A stretch of DNA of 64,000 nucleotides, from NCBI GenBank assembly GCA_963769425.1, contig CAVYLP010000004.1, positions 32,001 through 96,000 of the forward strand. Reading direction: 5' to 3'. A program made the position numbers and the translations under genes. Positions 21,224 through 32,232 of this stretch are shown piece after piece. The notes under the pieces are model-generated. The model ran no database searches and was not told where the DNA came from. It saw only the letters and a list, made by a program, of their open reading frames with translations. Numbering within the stretch: position 1 is the first letter of the stretch; each line of letters begins with the position of its first letter. The stretch comes from Candidatus Bathyarchaeota archaeon. GTDB taxonomy: Archaea; Thermoproteota; Bathyarchaeia; TCS64.

Positions 21224-21721
21224 ATGACGGTTCACAAGTTCAACAGGGACGCTAACGTCAGTTACTCGACTCTGATGAGGGAGGCTTTCGAGGCGACGGT
21301 GAAGCTGGCGAGGACCATGGAGAGGGAACTCGGGAAGGAGAAAGCGCATAAGATACTCTATATGAGCCGCGTCGAGGGCGACCTCGCTATGATCGCCGAG
21401 CAGATGGAGGACCAGCAGCCGATCCAGACTTTTGCTGAGTTCAAGAAGCTCATGAAGGGGCTGCACGAGAACCAGTTCGCTCGGAACCTCTTCACAATCA
21501 CATACCCCGTTGACAACGATCATGAGATAGAGTTCAGGACGACGGAGTGCATACTCGCCAAGGTCTTCAGGGACATGGGCGCAGAGGACCTCGGTGATAT
21601 AATGTGCTGCCAGCCCGACTTCAACACAACCCCCGCCTACTGCAGGCGGGTGAGCCTGAAGAGGACGAAGTCCCTTATGAAGGGGGACGCATACTGCGAC
21701 ACGAAGTACTGCTGGAAGTAG
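21224..21721 (+). CDS. L-2-amino-thiazoline-4-carboxylate hydrolase-like protein
   Basis: TEC..A..F..G...CC.PD...LKRTKSLMKGDAYCD pattern. Confidence 0.85.
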   Translation: MTVHKFNRDANVSYSTLMREAFEATVKLARTMERELGKEKAHKILYMSRVEGDLAMIAEQMEDQQPIQTFAEFKKLMKGLHENQFARNLFTITYPVDNDHEIEFRTTECILAKVFRDMGAEDLGDIMCCQPDFNTTPAYCRRVSLKRTKSLMKGDAYCDTKYCWK

Positions 21722-21722
21722 G

Positions 21723-22346
21723 CTAGTCTTCCTCTTCCTCGTCCTCTTCCGCCTTGGGTTGTGGTGCCTGGGCGTCGGTCTTCTTCCCGAAGCTCACGAT
21801 GAGGTCGATTAGCTGCTTCTGGTCTACCTCGGCGCGGCTCCTCCAGTCCATGTAGAGTACGCCCTTCTCGTCCTCACCCAGGTAGCCCTGCTGGATGTAG
21901 CGGTCGATGCTCATCTTTACGCGCCACCCGGGGAGCTTCTCCTGAAGGAGCTTCTCAACGTCGGTTCGGGGCGCCTTGCCCTGCTTCGAGATTATATATG
22001 CGATGGCGACTGCGAGGCCCGCGATGTCGTCTACGCGCCACCCGATGGTCTTCGCGGCCTTCTGGTCGATGCCGCTACGCATCGTTATGTAGAATCGGGC
22101 GTCTGCGAGCTGGGTCTGGTCAGGATCGATGATATTGGGGTCATCTAGTACGCGCGTTACCTGCAGGTCCATAGGCTGGAGTTGCTTGTCAAGCACCTCA
22201 AGCACGTTCTCCCAGTCGGGGCCGAGCTCCTGGCGGAGCTCCCAACCGCGTACCCCGGGCAGCCTGTGGTGCTGGAAGAATAGTAGGTGAACCGCTTCCT
22301 TGATCTTCCGGGCGTAGCCGGCCTCTGATCTTACCCTTTTCGCCAT
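21723..22346 (-). CDS. KITE-like (ScpB/Nse1/Nse3-type tandem winged-helix) subunit
   Basis: Third gene of SMC operon; [12 protein letters not shown] and GYL...[11 protein letters not shown] resemble Nse1/MAGE winged-helix motifs. Confidence 0.7.
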   Translation of the reverse strand: MAKRVRSEAGYARKIKEAVHLLFFQHHRLPGVRGWELRQELGPDWENVLEVLDKQLQPMDLQVTRVLDDPNIIDPDQTQLADARFYITMRSGIDQKAAKTIGWRVDDIAGLAVAIAYIISKQGKAPRTDVEKLLQEKLPGWRVKMSIDRYIQQGYLGEDEKGVLYMDWRSRAEVDQKQLIDLIVSFGKKTDAQAPQPKAEEDEEEED

Positions 22347-23119
22347 ATTTTCCACTCCTCGTAGTCGACCAGCGTTGGTATGCTCACCTTCGCCTGCTCC
22401 GGGTCGGGGCTCGGCTCCACGTTGTGTATGATCTCCACCTTCTCCCCGAACCTGTCGGACTCTATGTTGGCGTAGCCGTAGCCGACGAGAAAGACGGTGA
22501 GGTAGCTGCGCTTGACGGTCTCCTCGTATGTTTCTGCGCCTATCCAGTCCCAGTAGGCGACGCGGCCGCCTTTACCGACTCGTGCCTCTAGCTCCTTCCA
22601 GAAGGAGTCCATGATCTCCGCAAAGCCCTCCTCGGGGAGGTATCCGAGGGCGCGCGCCTCGTCAAGCGTTGCCATTCCTGCGTCCACCATCTGGATGTTA
22701 GACTCCTTCCACCTCTCGGCGAGGGGGATTAGGTCGGTCCAGTAGCCGAGGCTCCCCGCGAGGGTGCTCGCGCTCAGCTGCTCCATCTGTACCATCGGGT
22801 GCCAGCTCCTGAGGAAGCTGTCGGCGATGGCGGAGATGTCCATGCGCTGAATCTGCTGGTTGAGCAGGAACGGGTCCTTGTAGAGGGTTGTGCTCTGGTG
22901 CTGTATCCAGTCGTTCTGACTCTGGAGGACGTCGCTGAGGCCCTTGATGGCCGCGGCGTCGGTGCAGAAGTCCTGGAGGCTCGTGGTCTCGGGGTAGTAT
23001 CTGCGGATGACCTCGAGCATGTAGTCGATGTCGACGGCGAATGGCTCGACGCTGCCGGCCTGCACCGCGCGGCAGAGGCTTATAACCCCGTTAAGTTCGT
23101 CTCTCTTTCTGCCGCTCAT
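22331..23119 (-). CDS. Kleisin-like (ScpA/Nse4-type) subunit
   Basis: N-terminal [10 protein letters not shown] resembles ScpA GxIDPWDIDI; C-terminal [25 protein letters not shown] resembles ScpA cWHD; ATGA overlap with smc. Confidence 0.72.
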   Translation of the reverse strand: MSGRKRDELNGVISLCRAVQAGSVEPFAVDIDYMLEVIRRYYPETTSLQDFCTDAAAIKGLSDVLQSQNDWIQHQSTTLYKDPFLLNQQIQRMDISAIADSFLRSWHPMVQMEQLSASTLAGSLGYWTDLIPLAERWKESNIQMVDAGMATLDEARALGYLPEEGFAEIMDSFWKELEARVGKGGRVAYWDWIGAETYEETVKRSYLTVFLVGYGYANIESDRFGEKVEIIHNVEPSPDPEQAKVSIPTLVDYEEWKIWRKG

Positions 23120-25170
23120 TCTTGCACCAACTTGACGTCGCTCGTGTCCTCAGTCTTATGGACCATGATGATGTGGACGTCTTTCCCCTTGAAGGTGACC
23201 TGACTGGGGGTGATGGCCATGTACTGGTCCTTCGTCCCCTCCATGGTCGAGACGATGAACTCGCTGACGACCTCCTTGTTCTTTGGGTCCATGTGTAGGT
23301 CGAACTCGTCCACTGCCCTGAAGGGGCTGAGGACGTTCTGCTGGAGAGCTAGTAGGAAAGCCATGACAGTGGTGCTCCTCTCTCCTCCACTATGCGTGTA
23401 TGGGTCGAGGCGAGATAGCTGCCCGCCCTTGAAGCTGACGAATATCTCGAGCCCCGCCTCCTCTATGTCGGAGGGGTTGATGAGTCTTACCTCGCCGCGT
23501 GCCTGTAGCATGCTTAGGAGGCTCTGGTAGCGGGCGTTGACCTCGTCGAGGAGATTATGTATGACGTCCCCCCACTTGCGGGTGCGCTCCTCTATCTCCG
23601 TCATGACCTGGCGGCGGTCCTCCTGAACCTGGGCGACCTTCTCCTGTATCTCCTTGTAAGTCTTGGCGTAGGAGTCATACATCTCCTCAGCGTCCTCGGG
23701 GACCTCGGCGAGGCCCATGAGTATACCGGATGTCTTCCTTATCTCGTTGAGAACGTCGTCGCCGGTTCTGCCCGTCTCGACGCGTGGGCCCTTGATCTGA
23801 GCCTCCGCCTCGGCGTCTCTGCGCTCCGTATTGGCTCGGTCAATGTCGGCCTTCAGCTCCTCGATGCGGCGCTTGAGGCGGCCACGTTTGTCCTTCAGGA
23901 GGGCGAGCTGTATCCTGCCCTCGACGTGCTGGTCGGTGGCGGCGTCGATCTTGACGCGGAGAACCTCCATGTCCTCGGTGACACGACTCACGGAGACCTC
24001 GGCATCGCTCAGCTGCTTGCTTAGCTGCTTGATCCTCGACTCGGCCTCGCCCCTCTGGGTGATGAGCTCCCCGCTCCAACCGTCGAAGGTCTCACTCTGA
24101 GTCTTCTCTAGCTCCTCTATGATGTTGAAGTAGTCGTCGAGTTTGGTGGGGCCCTTCTTGAGTCGCTCCCTGAGGGTCTGAGCCGTAAGTTCGAGCTTCT
24201 TCCTCTGCTCACCGCTCGTCCCGAGCATCTTGTTTATGCTCTGGATGCGGTCCTTCGAGGAGTTTATGCTGAACTCGCTTATGCCTAGTGCCCTCTCGGC
24301 CTCGACGCGGCGCTCTATGAACTCCATCCACTGGCCGCGGAGCTGCTTCATGACTTCGTCGCTGTCGACGACTGCCTTACCGAATCTGTTCATCTCCTCC
24401 TCGGCGGAGTAGAGATCAGCGTCGGCTTGGTCGAGCTCCTGTTCGAGCTCCTTGACGTTTCCCTCCAGTTGGAGGACTCGGCTCCACGCCATCTCGCGTT
24501 GGAGGAAGTTCATGCGCGTCTGTAGCTTCTTCTTCTCCTGCAGACGCTCGTTCTGCTCGCGCCAGTAGGCGAGGGTCTCGCGTGCGCGGTCTAGGAGCTG
24601 GTTGAGGCTCTGCTCCTCGCTGAGTATGCCGCCGAGGCGCTGCTTCGCCTCGACGACATCTCTGCGGAAGGTGTTGAAGCCGACGGCTTCCTCGAGCATA
24701 ACAAGGCGCTCCTGTGGGCTGAGTTCTGCGAAGCGGCCGGGCATGTTTTGGTGCATGATGATGAGCATGTTGTCGGGGTCGAAGCCGAATCCGTCTAGGA
24801 GGTCGACGACCTCCGCCTTGCTGACAGTGCGCTGGTTTAGCTCGAACGTGTATTTACCGTCGCGACGGATGTTGCGTGCGAGGCGTACCTCGTCAACGTT
24901 GAAGGCGGGGACGGGGCGCCTACCGTTCTCGCGTGGGCTGTTGTCGAGTATGAGGCTGACCTCGGCCTGGTCCTGCTCCCAGCGGATGAGGTCGCTTAGC
25001 TTCTTGCTCCTCTCCGTGTAGGTGTCGCCTAGGGCGACGCAGATGGCGAGGAGGAAGCTGCTCTTCCCGGCGCCGTTGGGGCCGCAGACGACGTTTACGC
25101 CGTCCCTGAGCGGGATGCGTGCGTACTCGTAGGACATGAAATTCTTGATTATGACTTCCTTGATCAGCAT
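23116..25170 (-). CDS. Short SMC-family ATPase with Smc5/6-like heads
   Basis: [15 protein letters not shown]-loop [32 protein letters not shown]; long coiled coil. Confidence 0.93.
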   Translation of the reverse strand: MLIKEVIIKNFMSYEYARIPLRDGVNVVCGPNGAGKSSFLLAICVALGDTYTERSKKLSDLIRWEQDQAEVSLILDNSPRENGRRPVPAFNVDEVRLARNIRRDGKYTFELNQRTVSKAEVVDLLDGFGFDPDNMLIIMHQNMPGRFAELSPQERLVMLEEAVGFNTFRRDVVEAKQRLGGILSEEQSLNQLLDRARETLAYWREQNERLQEKKKLQTRMNFLQREMAWSRVLQLEGNVKELEQELDQADADLYSAEEEMNRFGKAVVDSDEVMKQLRGQWMEFIERRVEAERALGISEFSINSSKDRIQSINKMLGTSGEQRKKLELTAQTLRERLKKGPTKLDDYFNIIEELEKTQSETFDGWSGELITQRGEAESRIKQLSKQLSDAEVSVSRVTEDMEVLRVKIDAATDQHVEGRIQLALLKDKRGRLKRRIEELKADIDRANTERRDAEAEAQIKGPRVETGRTGDDVLNEIRKTSGILMGLAEVPEDAEEMYDSYAKTYKEIQEKVAQVQEDRRQVMTEIEERTRKWGDVIHNLLDEVNARYQSLLSMLQARGEVRLINPSDIEEAGLEIFVSFKGGQLSRLDPYTHSGGERSTTVMAFLLALQQNVLSPFRAVDEFDLHMDPKNKEVVSEFIVSTMEGTKDQYMAITPSQVTFKGKDVHIIMVHKTEDTSDVKLVQE

Positions 25171-25284
25171 CCGCGGCGCCTCTGAACTCCTGTGTCTAAC
25201 AGTCCTCTATTTTTAAACCTACCCCGCTTTTTTCCGGTGGGGTGGATGAAAGTGAAGGTAAAGGGTCGCCCTTAAACCTTTTAC

Positions 25285-26330
25285 ATGGATGCCGCCACGC
25301 TTGAGGGGATTGTGATGGTCAAGCTCTCTAAGAGGCAGGAGGCGGAGGCGATGCGCATACACGGTGAGGCGGTCGTCGTCGACACCCATTGCGACACTTT
25401 GATGGAGTTCATGCCCCAGCGATACGGGCAACCCGCGGCGAGGAAGCTGGGGCAGCGAAGCGATAAGGGGCACATCGACCTCCCACGCCTGAAGGAGGGC
25501 GGCATCGACTGCCAGACCTTCGCCATGTACACGGGGCGCCGCGAGGGGCAGCCGGACGCGCTCCTCACCGCGATGCAGATGACCGACGTCTTCTACAGGG
25601 AGATGGAGGAGAACGAGGAGGGGATCGTCCCCGTCACCTCCGTCGCGGGAGATACTCGCCGCGAAGGAGGTTGGCAAGTGCAGCGGGCTCCTCTCCATCG
25701 AGGGCGGTGAGCCGCTGATGGGTGACCTCGGCGTCCTCCGCAACTTCTACAAGCTCGGCGTCAGGATGCTCAGCTTCACGTGGAACTGGCGCACACCCTT
25801 CGCGGACGGGCAACTCGCGTCCCGAACCGAGAGCAAGCTCACGGACCTCGGCGTCAAGGCGATCGAGGAGATGGATCGCCTCGGCATCGTCCTCGACACG
25901 AGCCACATAAGCGACACCTGCTTCTGGGACATCGCCGACGTGAAGAAGGGCCCATTCATAGCGAGCCACAGCAACAGCCGCGTCGTCTGCGACCACAAGA
26001 CGGAACCTCACCGACGACATGCTGCAGGCCCTCGCTGACCACGGCGGGGTGACGGGGATGAACTTCGCCCCCGACTTCATCTCCAAGGATGGGGCCACCG
26101 TCGAGAAGCTCGTCGACCACATCGACTACATCGTGAAGAGGATCGGGCCGGACCACGTCGGACTCGGCTCCGACTTCGACGGCATAGGGACGCCCCCCGT
26201 GGGGCTCGAGGACGCCTCGAAGATGCCGAACATCACCCGGGAGCTCGTCCGCCGAGGCTACGAGGAGGAGGACATAAAGAAGATACTCGGCGGGAACCAC
26301 CTCCGGGTCCTCGGCCAGATCCTCAAGTAG
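25285..26330 (+). CDS. Membrane dipeptidase family M19 (two frameshifts, ~25650 and ~26000)
   Basis: DTHCD, IEGG, DTSH, ASHSNS, GLGSDFDG, ILGGN across three frames. Confidence 0.9.
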
Positions 26331-26380
26331 CGTCACCTGACGGCGATATTTCTATCAACCCAAGCGACCAAGACTGTCAC

Positions 26381-27098
26381 ATGACTGCCTTCGAGGTTCT
26401 CTTCAGGGTGAAGCACGCTGGGGCTCTACTGGAGCTTAGCGAGCGCCACCCCTCAATGCGCGTCTACACGTGGTGCAACAGGGTCAACGAGGTGCTGGAG
26501 GTCGAGGTGGGTGACCCCTCTGAGTATAGTGAGGTGCTTAATGAGGTGGGGAAGGTCGCTACCATCGTGGGCGAGTCCGGGGAGGGGGGCTTCCACGTCA
26601 TCGAGTCCACCTGCTTCTGCACCCCTCAGAACAGCGTCGGGATGAACGTCGAGGACCTACCCGTGCTCCTCGTCTCCCCCGAGGTTATGAAGGGGGGCTG
26701 GGAGCACTACCGCCTCGTCTTCTTCAGGCACGAGGACTTCGCCGAGGTTCTGCGCAGGCTGGAGGCGAGGGGCTTCACCGTCGAGGTGCTGGAGAAGGCG
26801 GAGATCAGGGGTTCGCTCGCGGGAGCCTTCTGGAGGCCGACTCCTCTCGCCGGGAGCCTGCTCGAGGCCGATCGTCTTCTCCTCCCTCACGGGGAAGCAG
26901 ATGGACGCCATGATCCGGGCCTACACACACGGCTACTACCGCCTTCCTAGGTCGGCGGACATACAGGAGATCGCGAGGAGGGAGAGGGTGAAGAGGACGA
27001 CCTTCCAGGAGCACCTGAAGAAGGGGGAGAACAAGATAATCGAGCGGATCATCCCCTACATGAGGCTCTACGCCTCCCGGGCGTGGGCGGTCAGGTGA
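26381..27098 (+). CDS. Bat-like HTH_10 regulator (frameshift ~26880)
   Basis: C-terminal LTGKQ..AYTHGYYRLPR...TFQEHLKKGENKI. Confidence 0.85.
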
Positions 27099-27137
27099 CG
27101 CGGATAAGCTTACCCAGCTGAGGGAGGAGGATGAATC

Positions 27138-27495
27138 ATGACTGAGGGCATGATGGCTTGCTGCGGGCTCAACTGCGCGACCTGCAGGGCATACCTGTCG
27201 ACGAGGAAAGGTGACCGACGCCACGGCGGCCGAGATAGCGGCGCTCTGGTCCAACCCGGAGGAGGGCGACTATAAGCCGGAGGACATCTGGTGCGACGGG
27301 TGCCACTCGGAGAGGCTTCACGCCTTCTGTGCGAAGTGTCCCGTCAGGGCCTGCGTCAGGGGGAGGGGGCTCGGGAACTGTGGAGGGTGCGCGGAGTACC
27401 CATGCGGCAAGCTGGAGGCGCTGTGGGGGTCATGGGTCGAGGCCTCCCCCGTCGAGGCAAGGGCCAACCTAGACAAACTAAGACGCGGGGGTTAG
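27138..27495 (+). CDS. DUF3795-like Cys-rich protein (frameshift ~27216)
   Basis: ACCGLNCATC in 5' frame; CDGC..CAKC..C..CGGC..YPC in 3' frame. Confidence 0.82.
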
Positions 27496-27538
27496 ACTTT
27501 TCCTTCAACCAATAAAATCAACCAGCAACCCATCATGA

Positions 27539-27574
27539 ACTTTGTGTCACAAAGTATATATGTTTCACAAAGTA
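27539..27574. promoter_or_regulatory. Operator palindrome ACTTTGTG-T-CACAAAGT plus repeated half-site
   Basis: Perfect dyad 27539-27555; TCACAAAGTA repeated at 27565-27574; upstream of membrane protein + wHTH operon. Confidence 0.65.
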
Positions 27575-27596
27575 CTCTGTAATCAAGGGATAAGGC

Positions 27597-28208
27597 TTGG
27601 GCGAAAACATAGACCTCAGGGAACTGCAGAAGAAGGCGATGTCCTCCTTCCACGAGGACGGCGTCATCGACATAATGATAGGCTTACTCGGACTCATCTG
27701 GGGCTTCTCAGCCTTCACCGACGACTCGTCCCTGAGCATAATCTGGATCGCCGTCGTGATACCCAGCTACTGGTGGCTGAAGAGGGAGTACACGATACCG
27801 AGGATAGGTCTAGTCCGCTTCTCGGGCCGGAAGAGCGGGGGGCGGTCGAGGACGCTCTTTGCGGGTCTGGTCGGGGCAGGCGTCGCTGTCGGCTTCGCGG
27901 TCTGGTGGTCGGCGACCCTGACGACCCGGCCGTTCTACTACTACCTCATCACCGATTACTGGGGAGTCATCTTGGGGGTCGGCGCCGCGGCTGCTGGAGT
28001 CGCCTACGCGAAGGTTTCTTACCTCCCCCGGTTCTATGCTTACTCCGCCCTCACCCTTGCGCTCATCGGCAGCGCCCAGTACTCGGGTCTCCCCTTCGGC
28101 GTCCACCTCATAGCCCTCGGGGCCTCTTTCCTCGTCTACGGGGGTTACCTTCTCTACAGGTTCACCCGGAAGTACCCGGTGCAGGCGGTCGACAGTCAAG
28201 TTGGCTGA
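27597..28208 (+). CDS. Multi-pass membrane protein
   Basis: FHEDG..D, PRIG.V, F..KYP; six TMs; paired with wHTH regulator. Confidence 0.8.
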   Translation: MGENIDLRELQKKAMSSFHEDGVIDIMIGLLGLIWGFSAFTDDSSLSIIWIAVVIPSYWWLKREYTIPRIGLVRFSGRKSGGRSRTLFAGLVGAGVAVGFAVWWSATLTTRPFYYYLITDYWGVILGVGAAAAGVAYAKVSYLPRFYAYSALTLALIGSAQYSGLPFGVHLIALGASFLVYGGYLLYRFTRKYPVQAVDSQVG

Positions 28209-28504
28209 GACACCCGCCGACGGTATCGACAGGGTGATCCACGAGCCCGCCAGGCTCATGATAATGGCTTACCTATACGTCGTCGACTCCGCCGACTTCC
28301 TCTTTCTGATGAGGCAGACGGGTCTGACCTTCGGGAACCTCTCGAGCCACATGGCGAAGCTGGAGGGGGCCGGGTACATCGAGGTGGTGAAGGATTACGT
28401 TGAGCGGAGGCCCCACACGATGCTCAGAATGACGCCCAAGGGCAGGAGCGGCCTTCGAGGAGTACCGTCGAGGGATGGATAAACTCTTCAAAGGGCTGTT
28501 GTGA
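28201..28504 (+). CDS. wHTH (HTH_34/ArsR-like) regulator (frameshift ~28448)
   Basis: IHEPARL.IM..L, GNLSSH..KLE.AGYI; shifted frame continues AFEEYRRGMDKLFKGLL*. Confidence 0.88.
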
Positions 28505-28519
28505 CAGATCCCATCTTCT

Positions 28520-29848
28520 ATGTATATTAGGTATGGTTCCCTCTCGAAGTTGCGGGGAACGACCCTGACAGACGGTGGGCTCAGGCGCAGGCTCGGCCTC
28601 TTCGACGCGACGGCGATAAACGTCGGGGCGATCATCGGCGGTGGTATATTCGTCGTCACGGGGATCGTCGCGGGGCTCGCGGGCTCCGCCCTCGTCGTCT
28701 CGATGCTCCTCGCGGCGGTGACCAGCCTCTTTACGGCGCTCAGCTACGCGGAGCTGGCGGCGTGGCTCCCTGAGGAGGGGAGCGTCTACGAGTACGGGTA
28801 CAGGCTCCTCTCACCCTCCGCGGGTTTCCTCGGAGGCTGGATGTGGTTGCTCTCCAACATATTCAGCGGCGCCGCGGTGGCCCTCGGGCTCGGCAACTAC
28901 ACGGCGGCACTGATCCCCGGTCTCAGCCCCAACCTCGTGGCAGCGGTCGTCTGCGTCGCCTTCACCGCTTTCAACTACCTCGGGATACAGCACTCGGCGC
29001 AGCTCAACAACGCGCTCGTCGTGGCGAAGCTGCTCATCTTGAGCTTCTTCGTCGCCTTCGGGCTTCTCTTCGTGAAAGCGGGGAACTTTCAGCCCTTCGA
29101 GCCCCTCAGGGTCGGCGTCCTCTACGGGGCGTTCTACATCTTCTTCGCCTACGGCGGTTTCGCGAGGGTGGCGGTCGTAGCGGGGGAGATCAGGGACGCC
29201 GAGAGGGTCGTGCCGAGGGCGATCGTGCTCTCCCTCGCCATCTCGACGGTCTTCTACATCGCGGTGGGGATGGTGGCTGTTGGGCTGGTGGGAGCGGGAG
29301 CCCTCGCTGGCTCGGGTCACCCGCTTGCGCTCGCGATAGGGGTGACGGGCAGCGACACCGCTGTGCTCCTCGTCTCCCTCGGCGGCATCATATCCACGGC
29401 GAGCGTCCTCCTTACGAGCATCCTCGGCGTCTCGCGACTCGGCTTCGCCATGTCGCGTCGGGGTGACATGCCCGCCATCCTAAGCAAGCTCCACCCCAAG
29501 TATGGTTCCCCCAGCGTCTCCGTCGTCCTCACGGGGGCACTCATGACTGCCCTCGCACTCCTCGTCGACCTAAGCAGCGTCGTCGCGGTGAGCACCTTCG
29601 CCATGCTCTTCTACTACGGCGTGGGCGACCTCGCGGCGATGAGACTCGAAAGGCTCGAATAGGCGCTACCCGTCTGTCGTGCCCGTGTTGGGGGTGGTGA
29701 CCTGCGTGGCGTTCATCGACTTCGCAGTCTTCCTGTCTCCGACCGCCTGGGTTAGGGGATGGTCACTCTCGGCGTAGGTCTTCTCTACTACCTCCTGGTC
29801 CACCGCGGGATGTCCAGATCAGGCGGCATGGCCCTCTATAACCCTTAA
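28520..29848 (+). CDS. APC-family amino acid permease (frameshifts near 3' end; start uncertain)
   Basis: GAIIGGGIF, SYAEL, FAYGGF..GE; hydrophobic tail continues in shifted frames to 29848. Confidence 0.88.
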
Positions 29849-29885
29849 ATGGGTCCCAGTCTTCCCCTTGCTTTAGGTGTAATAC

Positions 29886-30599
29886 ATGCCGACGGCTGGG
29901 AAGGTCTTCGTCTCCACCGAGTACAAGAAGCTCGCTGACGTCGCCGCTGCACTCGAGGGGCACAAGGTCGAGGAGGAGTACGCCGAGGGCGACTTCAAGC
30001 TCACCCTCCTCACCGAGGTCGCGAACGTCAAGGTCACCGAGGGCATACTCACGGGGCTCTACAGCTACGACCACGTCGTCTACAACTACCACCGCGGGAA
30101 GGTGCTCCCCGCTGCAGCGACGACGGAGGTGCTCTTCAGCATGAGCGAGTATGATGGCCGCATCTTCCTTGTTGTCGTTGACAAGAAGGCCATAGCGAAC
30201 AGGATCGCCAATAGGTTGAGCGAGATCGCCTTCGGTGAGATGGGCGTCATAGTCGAGGCACGTATCCTCCCGGAGACGATGAAGAAGTTCCACATCGCAA
30301 ACAAGGAGGGCACCAAAGTCATCTTCTTCGAGAACATGGACATCCCGAACATAAACAAGCTCAGCCTATACGGCCCCGACCTCGTCGACACGAAGCTCTT
30401 CAAGGAGTACGATAGCATCGGAGACCCTTGGTATGTGCTGGCGAAGAGCAAGAAGTTCGGCTACACCGTCGGGTTGGTCAGGGACGGTTCCGTCACCATC
30501 TTCAACACCGTTGATCAAGGGCAATACCTTCAATACGTGCGGGAGGATGTGATCCCAATGACCCAGCCCCCGAGGGCTAGGAAGGACGAGGAGGAATAG
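29886..30599 (+). CDS. Hypothetical alpha/beta protein
   Basis: 237 aa, strong host codon bias, AGGTG before ATG. Confidence 0.8.
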   Translation: MPTAGKVFVSTEYKKLADVAAALEGHKVEEEYAEGDFKLTLLTEVANVKVTEGILTGLYSYDHVVYNYHRGKVLPAAATTEVLFSMSEYDGRIFLVVVDKKAIANRIANRLSEIAFGEMGVIVEARILPETMKKFHIANKEGTKVIFFENMDIPNINKLSLYGPDLVDTKLFKEYDSIGDPWYVLAKSKKFGYTVGLVRDGSVTIFNTVDQGQYLQYVREDVIPMTQPPRARKDEEE

Positions 30600-30601
30600 C
30601 A

Positions 30602-30826
30602 ATGGTTGACAAGACGCTTGACTGCACAGGTCTCTTCTGCCCCGAGCCAGTGTTCCGCACACGCATGGCGCTCGACGAGCTTGCATCCGGCCAGACCCTC
30701 GAGGTCCACGCCGACGACCCAGCCGCCTACGAGGACCTGCGCAGGCTCGCGGAGCGCCTCGGCCACACCGTCGTCTCCGAGAAGAAAGAGGGCGACGAGA
30801 CGGTCATAGTCATCAGGAAAAAGTAA
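30602..30826 (+). CDS. tusA: TusA/SirA sulfur carrier
   Basis: LDCTGLFCPEP, DDPAA. Confidence 0.92.
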   Translation: MVDKTLDCTGLFCPEPVFRTRMALDELASGQTLEVHADDPAAYEDLRRLAERLGHTVVSEKKEGDETVIVIRKK

Positions 30827-31064
30827 TTCCCCCACCGGATGTTATTTTAGTCTATAACACATCCTTTAAATTGTAAAAACCACCGAAAACAAGCCTAAAA
30901 ATAACACAAACAACAAAACCACCCCAACGAGCCGACGACGCCCCCACCAATCCGCGAAACAGGTAACATAATGTTGTTGTTACTATACCACTTAAAAAGA
31001 GACTTAGACACCCCTCTGAACCCTTTTAATCCACCAATCCCCCAATCAACAAAAGGCGAACCAT

Positions 31065-32231
31065 ATGAAGGCCTACCTCGACAATGGCTCAGGAGCACCA
31101 GTAGACCCAAGAGTCCTACAGGAGATGCTTCCCTTCTTCACCGAGCATGTCGGCAACCCAGCCAGCTTCCACAGCGAGGGCTTCAAGGCACTAAAGTCAA
31201 TAAACAGGGCACGCGAGCAGGTCGCCGCCCTAATAAATGCCGACCCAATTGAGATAACCTTCACCGCAAGTGCAACCGAGGCCACAAACCTCGCCATAAT
31301 CGGCACAGCAAACCGCTACAAGAACAAGGGCAATAGAATCATCTCAAGCGCAGTCGAACACATAAGCACCGTAAACATCTGCAAGGACCTCACACGAAGT
31401 GGATGGGAGTACGAGCAGGCCCCCGTCGACAGATACGGCATTGTCAACCTCGACAAACTCGACCAACTTACAACAGACAAGACCGTCATAGTCACCGTCA
31501 TGGCAGCAAACGGCGAGATAGGTACAATCGAGCCCATCAAAGACGCCGCAGCAATAGCCCACGCAAAGGGCGCCTACTTCCACACAGACGCAACCGCAGC
31601 ACTCGGCAAGATCTCACTCGATGTCAAACAACTAGACACCGACCTCATGACCCTCAGCAGCAACGACATAAACGGCCCCAAGGGCGTTGGAGCCCTATAC
31701 GTCAAGAAGACCATCCGCCCACGCCCAGTCATCATTGGTGGAGGCCAGGAACAAGGCATGCGCAGCGGCACCGAGAACACACCTGGCATAGTCGGTTTCG
31801 GCAAGGCCGCAGAACTCGCAAAGCAAGAGCTGCCCGAGGAGTCCAAGAGACTTACGGAACTACGCGACCACCTGATCAAGGGACTGACCACAACGATCCC
31901 CGAGGCTCACCTCAACGGCCATCCGACCAACCGCACACCAAACAACGCCAACGTCCGATTCAGCTATATCGAGGGCGAGGCACTCACATTGAGCCTCGAC
32001 GACGTCGGCGTACAGTGCAACACAGGCTCCGCCTGCGCCGCAAAGACCCTTGAACCAAGTGCCTGCCTACTCGCAACCGGCCTTAAACCGGAGGACGCCC
32101 ACGGGAGCCTAGTGTTCACCCTCGGGAAAGCCAATAATAAGGAGCAGATCGACTACGTCATACAGGTGCTACCCGACATCGTCAAGCGCCTACGCGCTAT
32201 GTCGAGCATAACCCCACAGGAGCTAAAGTAG
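31065..32231 (+). CDS. iscS: Cysteine desulfurase
   Basis: YLDN, GNPAS, SATE, RSGTEN, GSAC; the usual HK PLP-lysine motif reads SSNDINGPKG here. Confidence 0.93.
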   Translation: MKAYLDNGSGAPVDPRVLQEMLPFFTEHVGNPASFHSEGFKALKSINRAREQVAALINADPIEITFTASATEATNLAIIGTANRYKNKGNRIISSAVEHISTVNICKDLTRSGWEYEQAPVDRYGIVNLDKLDQLTTDKTVIVTVMAANGEIGTIEPIKDAAAIAHAKGAYFHTDATAALGKISLDVKQLDTDLMTLSSNDINGPKGVGALYVKKTIRPRPVIIGGGQEQGMRSGTENTPGIVGFGKAAELAKQELPEESKRLTELRDHLIKGLTTTIPEAHLNGHPTNRTPNNANVRFSYIEGEALTLSLDDVGVQCNTGSACAAKTLEPSACLLATGLKPEDAHGSLVFTLGKANNKEQIDYVIQVLPDIVKRLRAMSSITPQELK

Positions 32232-32232
32232 A

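Noticed and set aside
23116-25170. Rad50/SbcC or Wadjet (JetABCD) assignment
   Set aside because: No CxxC hook or mre11 neighbour; no JetD Toprim nuclease; host-like codon usage; D-loop is Smc5/6-type
29660-29662. Pyrrolysine read-through of the TAG in the APC permease
   Set aside because: The hydrophobic continuation is in another frame, so an indel explains it
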